NCBI GenBank assembly: GCA_008369845.1
Contig: MRSU01000862.1
Location: forward strand, 1-56,107
Direction of reading: 5' to 3'
From: Trichomonas gallinae
Taxonomy: Eukaryota
DNA length: 56,107 bases
Shown here: piece by piece, positions 11,395-22,058 of the stretch
How positions within the stretch are numbered: the first letter of the stretch is position 1
How the letters are laid out: the number at the start of each line of letters is the position of its first letter
Translations under genes and position numbers: made by a program
Notes under the pieces: model-generated
What the model saw: the letters and a program-made list of their open reading frames with translations, nothing else
The model's database searches: none
What the model was told of the DNA's origin: nothing

Positions 11395-12419
11395 TGCATT
11401 TAATTAATTTATTGTTATTTCACATCTATAGACTATTATATTGCTATATTTTGATTTGTGAGGTGACAAAAATTTTAAAGATTTTAATGAAATTTTTAAA
11501 GTTTTACGGTTGATTTCATGTGTTTTTGGGATATATCTACAATAATGAATCATAATAAAGCATTTTTATTCCTAATCAAAAATATCTCAAACTTTATTAT
11601 AGCATTATATAAATTTGGTTCAGTTTGTTAGTTACATCTTCTCCCATGCAGTTCATATCTTTGATCTTTTTAGATCAATTCAGTTTTTCAAGAATATGAA
11701 TTAAATTTGGTTCGAAGCTTTGTAAATATGATATTCCCTTATGCTATTTAAATCATTGTTTATATCACATCAATAGATTTTTTTGATTCATTGAATTCGA
11801 AATATTTTTTCTTATGTTTATTGTTCCAGTATTGGTCTACTGATGTTGATATCAATGAAATTATTTTAAAACAACTTTAATAACATAGTGCCTTATTTTC
11901 AACAATTTTCTAAGTTTATTATTGGCTTTTGTGATGGGTTGGAGTATATCCGTGTAGTTTCACTTTTCAAAATACATCCTTTGTAAAATTCATAATAATT
12001 ATATCGAAAAAAATCAAATCTTTAGTGTTTAAAGCCATTTCCTACTTATTAAGTTCGGAGTTGTATCTAAAACATCAAGGGCATACGCGTATATACAAGA
12101 GAATAGATCAGCTTCATCAACATTCATGATTATTTCTCCAAAATACTAATCACCTTTTTATTATGTTTTTAGCGAGATATAAAATACGATTGCTGCATTT
12201 AGCGAAAGTTTTAGGAAAAGAAAAAAAAATTAAAAAAATCTTTTGATCCTTAATTTAAATAAACGATTTTCAGACATCAAAGAATAATTTGATATTTTAC
12301 AGCTCTTTTCATTTTATATAAAATGGGTTCAGCATTGTCAACATGTGTGTGGATATTTCCGGATCTAGACGATTTTTGCAATACCAGGATGTGCCCACAT
12401 ATACACAAGACCAACCAGT

Positions 12420-12968
12420 CTATGGTCATTTTGAAATCGTGAAACTCCTTTTAACAGTTCCTGGAATAGATATCAATGCAAAAGATTTGAGCGGTTACAC
12501 AGCTTTTATTCATGTATTAACGGGAGGCAATCATGATATTGTGGAACTCTTACTTGGATTTCATGAAACAGATGTTGATCTAGCAAGATGTTGAATTTGG
12601 GTTCGAGAAAAGGATATCATAAGATTGTTAAACTCCTTCTCACTGTGATACTATGCAAAAACAACGAAACATCTCTGATTTTTGCTTCGAGACCAGGCTA
12701 TCATGAATTTATCAAATAACTGCTCGCAGTCCCTGGAATAGATGTCAACGCAAAAGGTCAATTCAACAATACACCTTTGATAAATGCTTCGTTTAAAGGT
12801 CATCGTGAAATCGTAAAACTGCTTCTCACAGCTCCAGGAATAGATGTCAATGCAAAAGGTAAAGACAATTGGACAGCTTTGATTGTTGCTTCAAGATTTG
12901 GTTATCATGAAATTGTGAAACTCCTTCTCACAGTTCCTGGAATAGATACCAATACTAAAATCGAATGA
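12420..12968 (+). pseudogene. Ankyrin repeat pseudogene (LLLTVPGIDVNAK family)
   Basis: About six repeats (GHFEIVKLLLTVPGIDINAKD, GHREIVKLLLTAPGIDVNAKG), broken by stops and frameshifts between about 12590 and 12720. Confidence 0.85.
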
Positions 12969-13664
12969 TAGTTATTAAATGAATAATGATCTGCAATAAC
13001 TATAGCTGCGAAATAGTAAATATTTTTAGATCTCTTTGTTTTATTTGTCGCATCAGTGCCTATCCTTTTACAATTATGGAAATCATATTCGACAATATAT
13101 CCTGGATTTGCATCAATTACTAAAGCTGTTGGATGTTCTTATGATTTTTATTTTTATTTTTTTTTTTTTTTTTTTGTATATTTATATTGAATAAAAAGAA
13201 TTGGATGTTATCATTGTATTATATTGCAACATGAGGGGAATACCGATTGACTAAGATTGTCGCATGTGAATGAGCGTTCATCGTCTTTTTAAAAAAAAAT
13301 GTTTATTCAGGAAAATCTTTTTTATCATCAAGTGAGGTACTACTCTAGAGATAAAAAGTGTACCAAATAGTAATAAGTTAGATTTTCTCGAATTTCATTA
13401 TAATTTTGACAAAGCTTGCTTTTGATAGATGATTTGAATGCAATCAATTATACAAATTATAGATTCAATATATTAAGATAGATAATTCAATGAATTAAAA
13501 AATGGTGAAATATAATTTTGAAAATTATATTGGGAATCTTAGTAATTATTAGTAAATTGTCGTATAGTTGAGTGTAAATTGATTTAAATTGTTGAATTTC
13601 GATTTTTATGATAAAAATAATTCGTTAATAAGATAAAATAAGGAAAAAACTCACTAAGCATCTC

Positions 13665-14339
13665 TTAATTACGCTTGTACTTGCGAGGAGATTTCTCTTT
13701 CTCTTCGTTCTTCTGTTTCTTTTGTTCTTTCATTTTTTCTTCGAAATCTGAAACCAAAATAACATCAAGAAGGCCACCATCAAACTCTATTCCATTATCA
13801 ACTGTTTTCTTGGCTTCTTTCTCAGATCCAAGCTCAACGATTGTAGTTCCGCTGTAAACAAGCTGATTATCATCAAGCTTGTAGTATGGATGGATTGCGC
13901 GAATATCAGAGAACATTGACTCAAAGAACTTGCGCTGCAAATGATCAGGAGCGTCATTATTTATTCCGCTTACGCGAATAGAGCGGAATTGCCTTCTTGG
14001 GTCGGATACAAATGGCTTTACGGATCTTATTCTGTAATTCGTGCGAATTGGATCTACTTCAAGGAACGGAGAAGATTCTGCAATATCGCAAATATCGTCA
14101 GGGGTTAGATTGAGTTTCTTGATGCGTGGGCAATCCATGATGAAGTTGATTGAGATGTAGCGATTTGGATCTGCTTCTATTTGTTCCCTGAAGACTTTAT
14201 CTGTTTCGAGATTTAAATCTGACAAATAATACTCGATTTGGTGCCTGCATGGCCAAAGCTTGGCTTCAAGCTCTGAATCATGAGAAAAACCAAAGAAATT
14301 CTGGAATGCTTTCATGATTTGTCGAGAAGTAAAATTCAT
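13665..14339 (-). CDS. La-module RNA-binding protein (La motif plus RRM)
   Basis: QIEYYLSDLNLETDKVFR...YISINFIMDCPRIKKL La motif, followed by an RRM (RSIRVSGI...YSGTTIVEL) and a Lys-rich tail. First ATG at 14339. Confidence 0.88.
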   Translation of the reverse strand: MNFTSRQIMKAFQNFFGFSHDSELEAKLWPCRHQIEYYLSDLNLETDKVFREQIEADPNRYISINFIMDCPRIKKLNLTPDDICDIAESSPFLEVDPIRTNYRIRSVKPFVSDPRRQFRSIRVSGINNDAPDHLQRKFFESMFSDIRAIHPYYKLDDNQLVYSGTTIVELGSEKEAKKTVDNGIEFDGGLLDVILVSDFEEKMKEQKKQKNEEKEKSPRKYKRN

Positions 14340-14406
14340 TCCTTTTATTGTCACTTTTTTATAAAAATTTTTGCTTCATTTTTCTCTATTTTTAATGTTT
14401 AAAAAG

Positions 14407-14874
14407 TACAACAAAAATAATCAACTTTTTACTAATAATTTCTTAATCAATTCGCTTTATTTATCGAAATACAAATTATCTTCATTACTTTCATTAATAA
14501 TCTAACTATTGTGAAATAGTATAACATATTATTTTCAACATATGAACTTATTCTCAAATATACATGAATAGATAATGAAATATATTATCAACATCAAATT
14601 AATTAAAAATGTGAACAAATGTGTAATTTGATTCTTTATAATTATACAAAAATGCTACCATTTTACTAAGAATTTCCTAACAAATTCGCTTTATTTATTG
14701 AGATACAAAATTATATCCATTTTTCATTATTGATCTAACTATTTTGAAATCTCATATCCTAATATTTTCAATATATGGACTTATATTTAAATTTAAATGA
14801 TTAGAGAACGAATTTTATATTCATCAACAATATATTTTAAAATTTGAACAAAATGCAGTTAGAATCTTTATAAT
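14407..14874. repeat. Imperfect two-copy tandem duplication, unit about 233 bp
   Basis: Collinear anchors: TTCGCTTTATTTAT at 14451 and 14685, ATCTAACTATT in both copies, TCTTTATAAT at 14633 and 14865. Confidence 0.85.
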
Positions 14875-15064
14875 GGCACTTAAAATTAATTATTTTGAAG
14901 CCCTTAGTTTGCATAACTAAAATAATTTTATTGATGAAATAAAATAGTGAATAAATGAATGCATATTATATATAATAAGATGCCGAATGGGAAAATAATA
15001 TGAGTTTCCTGTAGATGTTAAATGATTTATTCATGATTTGTTGATTTTTCAGCAAAAAAATGAA

Positions 15065-16138
15065 ATGAGTAGATCTTTTTTCTTCACTTTCATATTCTTC
15101 CTTTTGATTGCGTCGATAGGAAGCGGCTATTTCTTCAACAGCATATCAGACGATGTCCTTTTTGCCTTTTTCGACGATTTTCACGAAATAACAGAAAAAA
15201 GATTTGATCAAGAACTGCGATTCATAGTAAATAAGTCACCAATTAACAATATCACGAATAGGCATCAGCTGATGCTACTAGTTACGAACCGTGGTTTGTT
15301 GAATTTCGCGAAAAATTGTTTATGTTCACTGAAAAGAGTCATCGAAGACGAAGATTCATACGTGATTATTGCTCTTGATGAGATATCGTATGTATCTTTG
15401 AAGACTTTTGGAGCAAATGTCTTGTATTTCCCAACAAAATTCACAGAAGATGCTGTTAACTACAGAAGAAAGCGCGAATTCTACGATATCGTAAAAATTA
15501 GGCCATATATAGCAAAGAAAATACTAGACTTCGGTGCAGAAGTCATTATCTGCGATATTGATATTGTTTTTCTTCAAAATCCATCGATATTGTTTACAAA
15601 CGCAGCAGATTTCGAAGTACAAAGCGATTCAAAGGTATTCACAGAGATTCCATATAGCAAAAACACTCCCTACTGGGGAATAAATTTAGGATTCTACAAA
15701 GCGATTCCTTCTCCAGGTGTAATGATGCTGTGGCCGATCTGGCAGATGCAGATGCACAAGATGCCTGAATCCCACGACCAGACAACTCTTTTTACTCTCT
15801 TGAGACAAAAAATCGGACAACTAGAAAATCAGCCAGTACTTATTGCCGACATCAGAAAATTCTTCGGCCAGAAGTCTTTTTATCCTTTGGTCATCAGGTA
15901 CATAGACCCCGTCCTCGCAGTCAACGCAGGAGGTGTCTTTCTAAGCGGAAGCGAAAGGTGGCGAGAAGCTGCGATCGAAAGAAACATATCGAAGCCTGTT
16001 TTAGTCCACTTCTTCCATCTCTCTGAAAACTCTGAGAAACTCTGCATGATGAAGTCCAAAAAGCTGTGGTTCCTTGACTCTGACGGAAAATGCAGCGCTG
16101 ATCTGCCAAAAGGCTTTGATTGGCCCTATTGGAAATAA
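15065..16138 (+). CDS. Nucleotide-diphospho-sugar transferase (GT77-like type II membrane glycosyltransferase)
   Basis: N-terminal signal anchor, NCLCSL...VIIALDE, DxD motif (ICDIDIVFLQNP), INLGFY, HDQ and LVHFFH...EK...LWF motifs. First ATG at 15065. Confidence 0.88.
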   Translation: MSRSFFFTFIFFLLIASIGSGYFFNSISDDVLFAFFDDFHEITEKRFDQELRFIVNKSPINNITNRHQLMLLVTNRGLLNFAKNCLCSLKRVIEDEDSYVIIALDEISYVSLKTFGANVLYFPTKFTEDAVNYRRKREFYDIVKIRPYIAKKILDFGAEVIICDIDIVFLQNPSILFTNAADFEVQSDSKVFTEIPYSKNTPYWGINLGFYKAIPSPGVMMLWPIWQMQMHKMPESHDQTTLFTLLRQKIGQLENQPVLIADIRKFFGQKSFYPLVIRYIDPVLAVNAGGVFLSGSERWREAAIERNISKPVLVHFFHLSENSEKLCMMKSKKLWFLDSDGKCSADLPKGFDWPYWK

Positions 16139-16726
16139 TTTTCTTTATTTCCTTCATGATTTATTGAATTATTACACATATATCATATGAAAATTCATAG
16201 TATGATGATAACATCTAGCAAATACTTATCATTTTCCAATTATTTATCTGTTCATAATTTTTTGTCAAAGCTGTAATATATTATTACTTAGCCTCATGAC
16301 CATTAGTTGCTTTGACCCAAAATATTATATATTACAGCTTTAGATTTTAATATTTTATTTTTGTTTTGTTATTAAAACTGTTTTTTATCTTTTTTACAGT
16401 ATATTTTTTGCTTCTCTCGCATAGTAGAATAATTTTACATTGCCATTCTATTAGTTTTGCTCTAATCTTATGAAGAGTGAATATAACGAGCGTAACTTAG
16501 GTCTTACTTTTTGCAAACTTATATTTCATGTATTTTTGGATTATATTTACAATATAAAACCATAATCAAACATTTTTAAACGGATTCCAAAATATCTCAC
16601 CAAATTTAAACAAATTTGGATCAGTGCATTGTATTTAGATTCGCTTATATTATTCAATTCTTCGTTCTCACTACATCAATTGAGGATTATTCTATTATTA
16701 TGACAGAGACAAAGTATAAAATCTGT

Positions 16727-16859
16727 TGACATGTAAAATCGGAAATCTGACAAATAAAACACAAAATATGACGTGTAAAATAAAAATAAGACACGTAAAA
16801 TAATAAATATGACATGTAAAGAATATATATGTCGTGTAAATATTATGATGATTTGTAAA
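16727..16859 (+). repeat. Phased array of seven 11-bp TGWCRYGTAAA-like motifs
   Basis: Copies start at 16727, 16748, 16769, 16789, 16810, 16830 and 16849, with variable A/T spacers. An eighth copy lies at 16926. Confidence 0.85.
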
Positions 16860-17030
16860 GTTCAGAAAATTTCGTGACGATAATTTTATTTTAATTTTGG
16901 ACCAAAACTGAAAATAAATGATTCTTGTCGTGTAAACACACTATATTTATAAAATTTTTTAATTTTTTGATACAAAAATTGAGAAATCGGACGTTAAGGC
17001 GAAATCAGAAGAAAAGAGTAGTTACCAAAA

Positions 17031-17624
17031 ATGGATTGTGTAGCGCTAGCCAAGCGTTTGGCAGCCCGTCGTGCCAGCACTAATGCCACTCCTCTATCTC
17101 CTGTCACTCACAGGAAGAGCATGGATGTAATGCCACTTCCGAAAAAGAAAGAAGATAGGAAGCAGAAAGAGAATGTTTCCGATAACCCAATCTTTCTGTC
17201 TGACACTAAGGGAGTCCTCTCTGATTCCAACTCAGATTACTTCCATTACGTTCCGCCGATTGATAGAATTTTCGAAGATGCAAATCTCCATAAATATTTC
17301 AAGAAATTCCTAATGGAGAGGAAACTGGAGAGTATCCTTGACTTCCTCGACATCGCAATGAACTACAAGAAAAACTTCCCAACAAATCCAAATCAACAAG
17401 TCAAGAAGCACAGATACGTAGTCGAGCAACTGGGAAGCATCCCTGCCGTTTTCTTGAAGGCGGCTTCGAAAGGATCAACAAAAATGTCTGCCGTTTCTTA
17501 TGATTCGTTTGACGACTGCATTCAAGCCATTTTGGACGAAATGAAGCTCAAGGAGTACCACGCTTTCTCAAACTCGGTCTATTATACTGAGTGGGTCCTT
17601 AAATACCACAATTGTGGCAAATAA
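17031..17624 (+). CDS. RGS (regulator of G-protein signalling) domain protein
   Basis: IDRIFEDANLHKYFKKFLMERKLESILDFL...YKK and FDDCIQAILDEMKLKEYHAFSNSVYY match the first and last RGS-box helices. Disordered N-terminus. Confidence 0.82.
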   Translation: MDCVALAKRLAARRASTNATPLSPVTHRKSMDVMPLPKKKEDRKQKENVSDNPIFLSDTKGVLSDSNSDYFHYVPPIDRIFEDANLHKYFKKFLMERKLESILDFLDIAMNYKKNFPTNPNQQVKKHRYVVEQLGSIPAVFLKAASKGSTKMSAVSYDSFDDCIQAILDEMKLKEYHAFSNSVYYTEWVLKYHNCGK

Positions 17625-18330
17625 TTCAACAAACTTTTAATTTTATCGTTGATAATCTATTTAAATATTCTGTTTTACCGATCTACTTTTCATTTACTAA
17701 CACATCTTGATATATTTCAGTTTATTTATTTAGCAAAAATATCAAATTACAAATGAATGCTCAAATATGATTATATATCAACTATATTCTATCCATATAA
17801 GCTTTTTAGATGAATGAAATCGATTAAAAATCATTATATGATAGAAAAATAATTTCATCTACATCATTTTGCATTTTTGACGATGCAAAAATTAATATTT
17901 GCTAAAATAGAATATATCTGTAGATTTTAAAATTTTACAAATTCTTGAAAATAGCAAAAAATCATGATAATTTTCTAGAAAATGATATTTATTTCTAATA
18001 AACTTGGAAGATCGAGAAAAATTCATGATTAAAGAGTTAGATTCTATTGCATGAGTAGATAACAAATATTCGATCAAAATCCTTCAAGTGAATATTTTCG
18101 TAATCAAGGTTTATTCTACTGTCTTAGATTGCCTTATCGATTCACAAATCTATCAGAATAATCTTTACAAATGATAACCTTAACAAAGAATCTCATCACA
18201 GCTAACGATATAAAATATCAAGAAAAAATACTCTCGTTTTCAGCTAGTTAGCTTTAAGATGTAGGTAAATATCAACCAGTTGTAGTGATTCCCTAGATAA
18301 ATAACGTTTAAATACCGATGAATAAATAAA

Positions 18331-19458
18331 TTACTCAGGTTTGCTGGCAATAGCGTGGGCCATGTAGTCTGTGCCGAGGATGTTGAAGTTGAGGATGGAC
18401 TTCTGAGAGTAGACGCGAACGCTGCTCATCCAATCTGGGCGGATGAACTCGTAGAATTCCTCCTCAAGGTCCTTAGCGATAGACATGACGAATGCGTGGT
18501 TCTTGACCTGGTTATCGAGGGAAAGAACGCAAGACTCGCATGAGAGAGATGTCGCGATAGCCTTAGCAGCACGAAGATAGAAGATGTAGTGAGCGCGAAG
18601 AGCGTTGTGGCAAGCCTTCTCGCCAGCAATAGCGCGCTTGGCAACATCACCTGGGTCGATGTCGTCGAGGTTAAGAAGTTCGCCTGTCTCCTTCTTGTGG
18701 TAGAACTGGTATGTGAGCTTGAGGCCACGGCCGGAGCAGATGTCTTCGTACTCTGGGTCGAGCTTGCCCTCATAGTAGTGGTTGGAGATGTGCTGGATGA
18801 GCTCCTGCTCGCCCTCGAAATACTTGTGCTTCTCCATATTTGGAGCGATTTGGACGTGGCCGAGCTCTGTTGGGAGAACGAGTGGGTTCTTGAGGAGTGG
18901 TGTGCGTGTGACAAGAGCAGCACCGAGGCCAGAGCCCATAGCTAAGACTGCTGTGCGTCCCTTAGCGAGGATAGGGCCTGTTGGAGCCTTATCGGTGAAT
19001 AATTGGACGAAGTTCTCTTCGAGGATGTTCTGCTCGTGTGCAGCGATGACACCGTAAGCACCAGCTTCGAGATCGTTCAAGAAATATGAGCGGTCTCTTG
19101 GGAAGAGAGACTTTGGAAGCTGGCTGATGCTAAGTGTGCGTCCCTCGACTGGGCCTAACCAGTTTGTAAGGATAACCTGGTTGTTCTTGATTGGTCCAGC
19201 GACAGCAATTGCAGCGCCGAGGCAGACTGTTGTTGGCTCGACCTGCTGGATCTTGCCCTGGAGGTCTGTTAAGACCTTAAGGAGGTCAGCTGTGCACTGC
19301 GCCTTCGCGTGGCCGAGGTCGACGTAGCGAGATGAGTCGTGGAAGTCGGACAACCTAACGCGGAGACCTGAGCCACCGACATCGCAGCCGAGGCAGATCG
19401 GGAGTGTTGGTCCTGTCTTCCATTCCCTGATTGGTTGGATGGATTCGATAGAGAACAT
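18331..19458 (-). CDS. glk: Glucokinase, bacterial-type (Glk family)
   Basis: LGCDVGGSGLR, IAVAGPI, LTN, FLNDLEA, GSGLG, TELGH and EDICSGRGL motifs. Strong C-ending codon bias typical of highly expressed glycolytic genes. First ATG at 19458. Confidence 0.95.
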   Translation of the reverse strand: MFSIESIQPIREWKTGPTLPICLGCDVGGSGLRVRLSDFHDSSRYVDLGHAKAQCTADLLKVLTDLQGKIQQVEPTTVCLGAAIAVAGPIKNNQVILTNWLGPVEGRTLSISQLPKSLFPRDRSYFLNDLEAGAYGVIAAHEQNILEENFVQLFTDKAPTGPILAKGRTAVLAMGSGLGAALVTRTPLLKNPLVLPTELGHVQIAPNMEKHKYFEGEQELIQHISNHYYEGKLDPEYEDICSGRGLKLTYQFYHKKETGELLNLDDIDPGDVAKRAIAGEKACHNALRAHYIFYLRAAKAIATSLSCESCVLSLDNQVKNHAFVMSIAKDLEEEFYEFIRPDWMSSVRVYSQKSILNFNILGTDYMAHAIASKPE

Positions 19459-19466
19459 CTTCGAAT

Positions 19467-19474
19467 AAAAATGA
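19467..19474 (-). promoter_or_regulatory. Initiator element TCATTTTT of the glucokinase gene
   Basis: Inr consensus TCAYT about 12-16 nt upstream of the ATG at 19458. Confidence 0.75.
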
Positions 19475-21536
19475 ACTGTTAAATTCAATCTCCGATAGAT
19501 TTTGAAACACAGCGAAAATCCCTCTTTTAAAGCATCCTTTTTATCTCATTATTATTTTTTTATATAAATTTTTTTCTCATTGAAAAAAAGTGATGGGTTT
19601 TAATCAAAAAATTAACTATAACATTAATTATTATATATTTAGATAGATTTGTCAAAAATTTTGTTTGTTATCAAAATTGAGAACTGAGTGGCCACTGATT
19701 TTTTCATAGTTTTTACTCTATCCAGAAATATACATAAAAATAAAAATTGTTATTTTTTTTTCGATTTCACTTTTGCATTTTTTTTCATTTGAAGATTCTT
19801 TTAAAGTTTTATGAGGAATTTAAACCTCAAGAATCGTAGTTGTGAGAAGAATGCCTATATAGCCAAAGATTAAAGTTCGAAATTGCAACAGATTTCATTT
19901 GATTTTCTGTTCATTTTAACTAACCTGTTACTGGAATGTAGGACATCATTGCAAAGACCAAGAAGATTGTTCATGATCGATTGGATAGTGACCAGCTATA
20001 GTTTTTTTCCTTTATTTTTTTTTAAATTCCTTGTTTAACAAACAACTTTGCCATATTCAATTATTAATTAGCACTCAGTTTACGTGTGATTACTATCTAA
20101 TTAGTCAAATTTCGACAAGTTTTAAATATTTTTGCTTTAATTTGTTATTTATACATAGAAAGGCTACCATACTAAGCTCATATACATTTTCCCATTAAGT
20201 ATCACTGACCTAGCTTTGCTAAAAGGATTTCTTCTTTCAAATTCATTGAAAAATATATAAAAAATATCGATAAGACTCGTAAACATTTGAATTAATTAAC
20301 ACTATTCAGCAATGTTTTACCATTAATGCGATGAGCATGAAAGATCAATGTTTATTTTATTGTTGTAATAAATAAACCATGACCGATCGTTTTTCACATG
20401 TAAATTCTAAAGGAGATACTTCTACATATTGGAAATCCATTCTCCAATTAAACAAGTATCGTTAATAAAATTTAAGAGATGTTACATTTACATTTTAATA
20501 TCGAAAAAATGAAAACGTATTGATAATTACAACTATTGCTTCTACAATTTGAGCTCAATTCTGGTTTGGTATTTTTTGAATTGTTCAAAAATGATTAAAA
20601 CACCATGGGAATAGCTTCAAATAAATCTATATAAGAAACATAATAGTAATTTGATGTTGTTGTCAGCAGAAAACATAAAGCTTACAAACTGAAGATCAAG
20701 AGGTTTTGATTAGTCACAAAATTAGACAATATTAACAGTGCACATTTAATAGAATACATATAGGTATCATGTTTATCATAGATTTAGTATGTATACTCGA
20801 TCTTTTATTTTCAAATTGAAATATTTAATCAAGTTATCCTACAAATCTATATGAAATAAGACTAATTATCCCAAGATTACATCATTCGATATGGCTTAAT
20901 GCTAATAGATTCAAAATATCATATTTCAGGTTTCAACTTTGTGTTATTATGATATACCAATAGTCTATCACATTATCTTAGAGAAGAAACATGAGTTTCA
21001 TTCTTGTGTTTAGACTGTATATAACCGATTTGACTGATGAAATATTCCGAACTTGTTTTCATGTCTTTATATTTGAGATCTGATCTCAGATCACAACGGG
21101 ATTTAATTACATATAGAAAAGTTCAAGCGATTGTGATTGAATTTTTGATCTTTTTATCTTTTGCTTACTACACTAAATGTTTATTAACGTGGAGGCGTTG
21201 GAGCATATATATCTTTATGAAAAATAGGGTGGATTTTGCAAATGATCTAATGAAAATTAGTTTGTAGTCTCTAGAATACATAGAACCAGTGATATAAGAT
21301 AAAATGCATGAGATATCTCGAGAACATTTAATCTTATCTGCAATGTTTTTTAACAAATTATGGAATCATTTCATTTGATGAATCTTTGCCTCGGTACTGC
21401 AATAATTTACTTGATGCAATTATAGATTCATACGAGAATTTATTGCAAAATCGAGAACAATATTGAATTTTCCGGATTTTAATGAGTTTATGTCTATATT
21501 GTTTAGATAACAAACAAATTATAACATATAGGGAAT

Positions 21537-22058
21537 TCATTGCAGAAAGCAATCTTCTAATGTCTTGAAGTCTATATTGAATAAACTGAATGTATCTTCA
21601 TCGAGCTTGGATTTGTCTAAGTCGTTCATCGCTTCATCTGACTTATTGTCATCCGTTTCTTGCTGGTTTTCAGTTGATATTTCATTTTTCAGTATATTTT
21701 CTTCTAATTTTTCTTGCCTTCTCTGTCGAAGTTTGAATCGATTTCGAACTGCATTTCCTGATCTGTTTGGAAAGATTTCAGCGATTTTATGCCATCTTGA
21801 ACCATATTCCGTATATAATTCGTCTAAAAGATCATCTTCCTCTTTAGTCCACGGTTCATTACTGAGATTTGGAGCAATATAGTTTATCCATCGTTCTCTG
21901 CATTGTCTGGGTGTTCTATTTATCATGTTTCTGGATATCAAATCCCAATCTTCTTGTCCTACCTTGTATACTAAATCTGATAGCCTTTTATCTTCATCTG
22001 CAGTGAACTTAATCTTAGGAACAAATCCCTTCCGATGTTTCTTCGTTGATTTTATCAT
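21537..22058 (-). CDS. R2R3 Myb-like transcription factor
   Basis: KFTADEDKRL...W...RTPRQCRERWINYI...PWTKEEDDLL...YGSRWHKIA...RSGNAVRNRF. An Inr-like TCACT sits directly before the ATG at 22058. Confidence 0.93.
   Translation of the reverse strand: MIKSTKKHRKGFVPKIKFTADEDKRLSDLVYKVGQEDWDLISRNMINRTPRQCRERWINYIAPNLSNEPWTKEEDDLLDELYTEYGSRWHKIAEIFPNRSGNAVRNRFKLRQRRQEKLEENILKNEISTENQQETDDNKSDEAMNDLDKSKLDEDTFSLFNIDFKTLEDCFLQ

Noticed and set aside
16727..16859. CRISPR-like repeat-spacer array
   Set aside because: Repeats are only 11 bp with 8-10 bp A/T spacers, the context is eukaryotic and there are no cas genes.
10013..17624. 7TM plus RGS as a linked G-protein signalling module
   Set aside because: They are separated by unrelated genes and on opposite strands, and the 7TM looks like a GOST trafficking protein rather than a GPCR.
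18355..19327. Several overlapping and antisense ORFs in the glucokinase gene
   Set aside because: Expected by-product of strong codon bias, which depletes stops in other frames. No recognisable domains.
20390..20750. Possible ankyrin relic (HVNSKGDT...)
   Set aside because: Too degraded to support by eye; would need TBLASTN.
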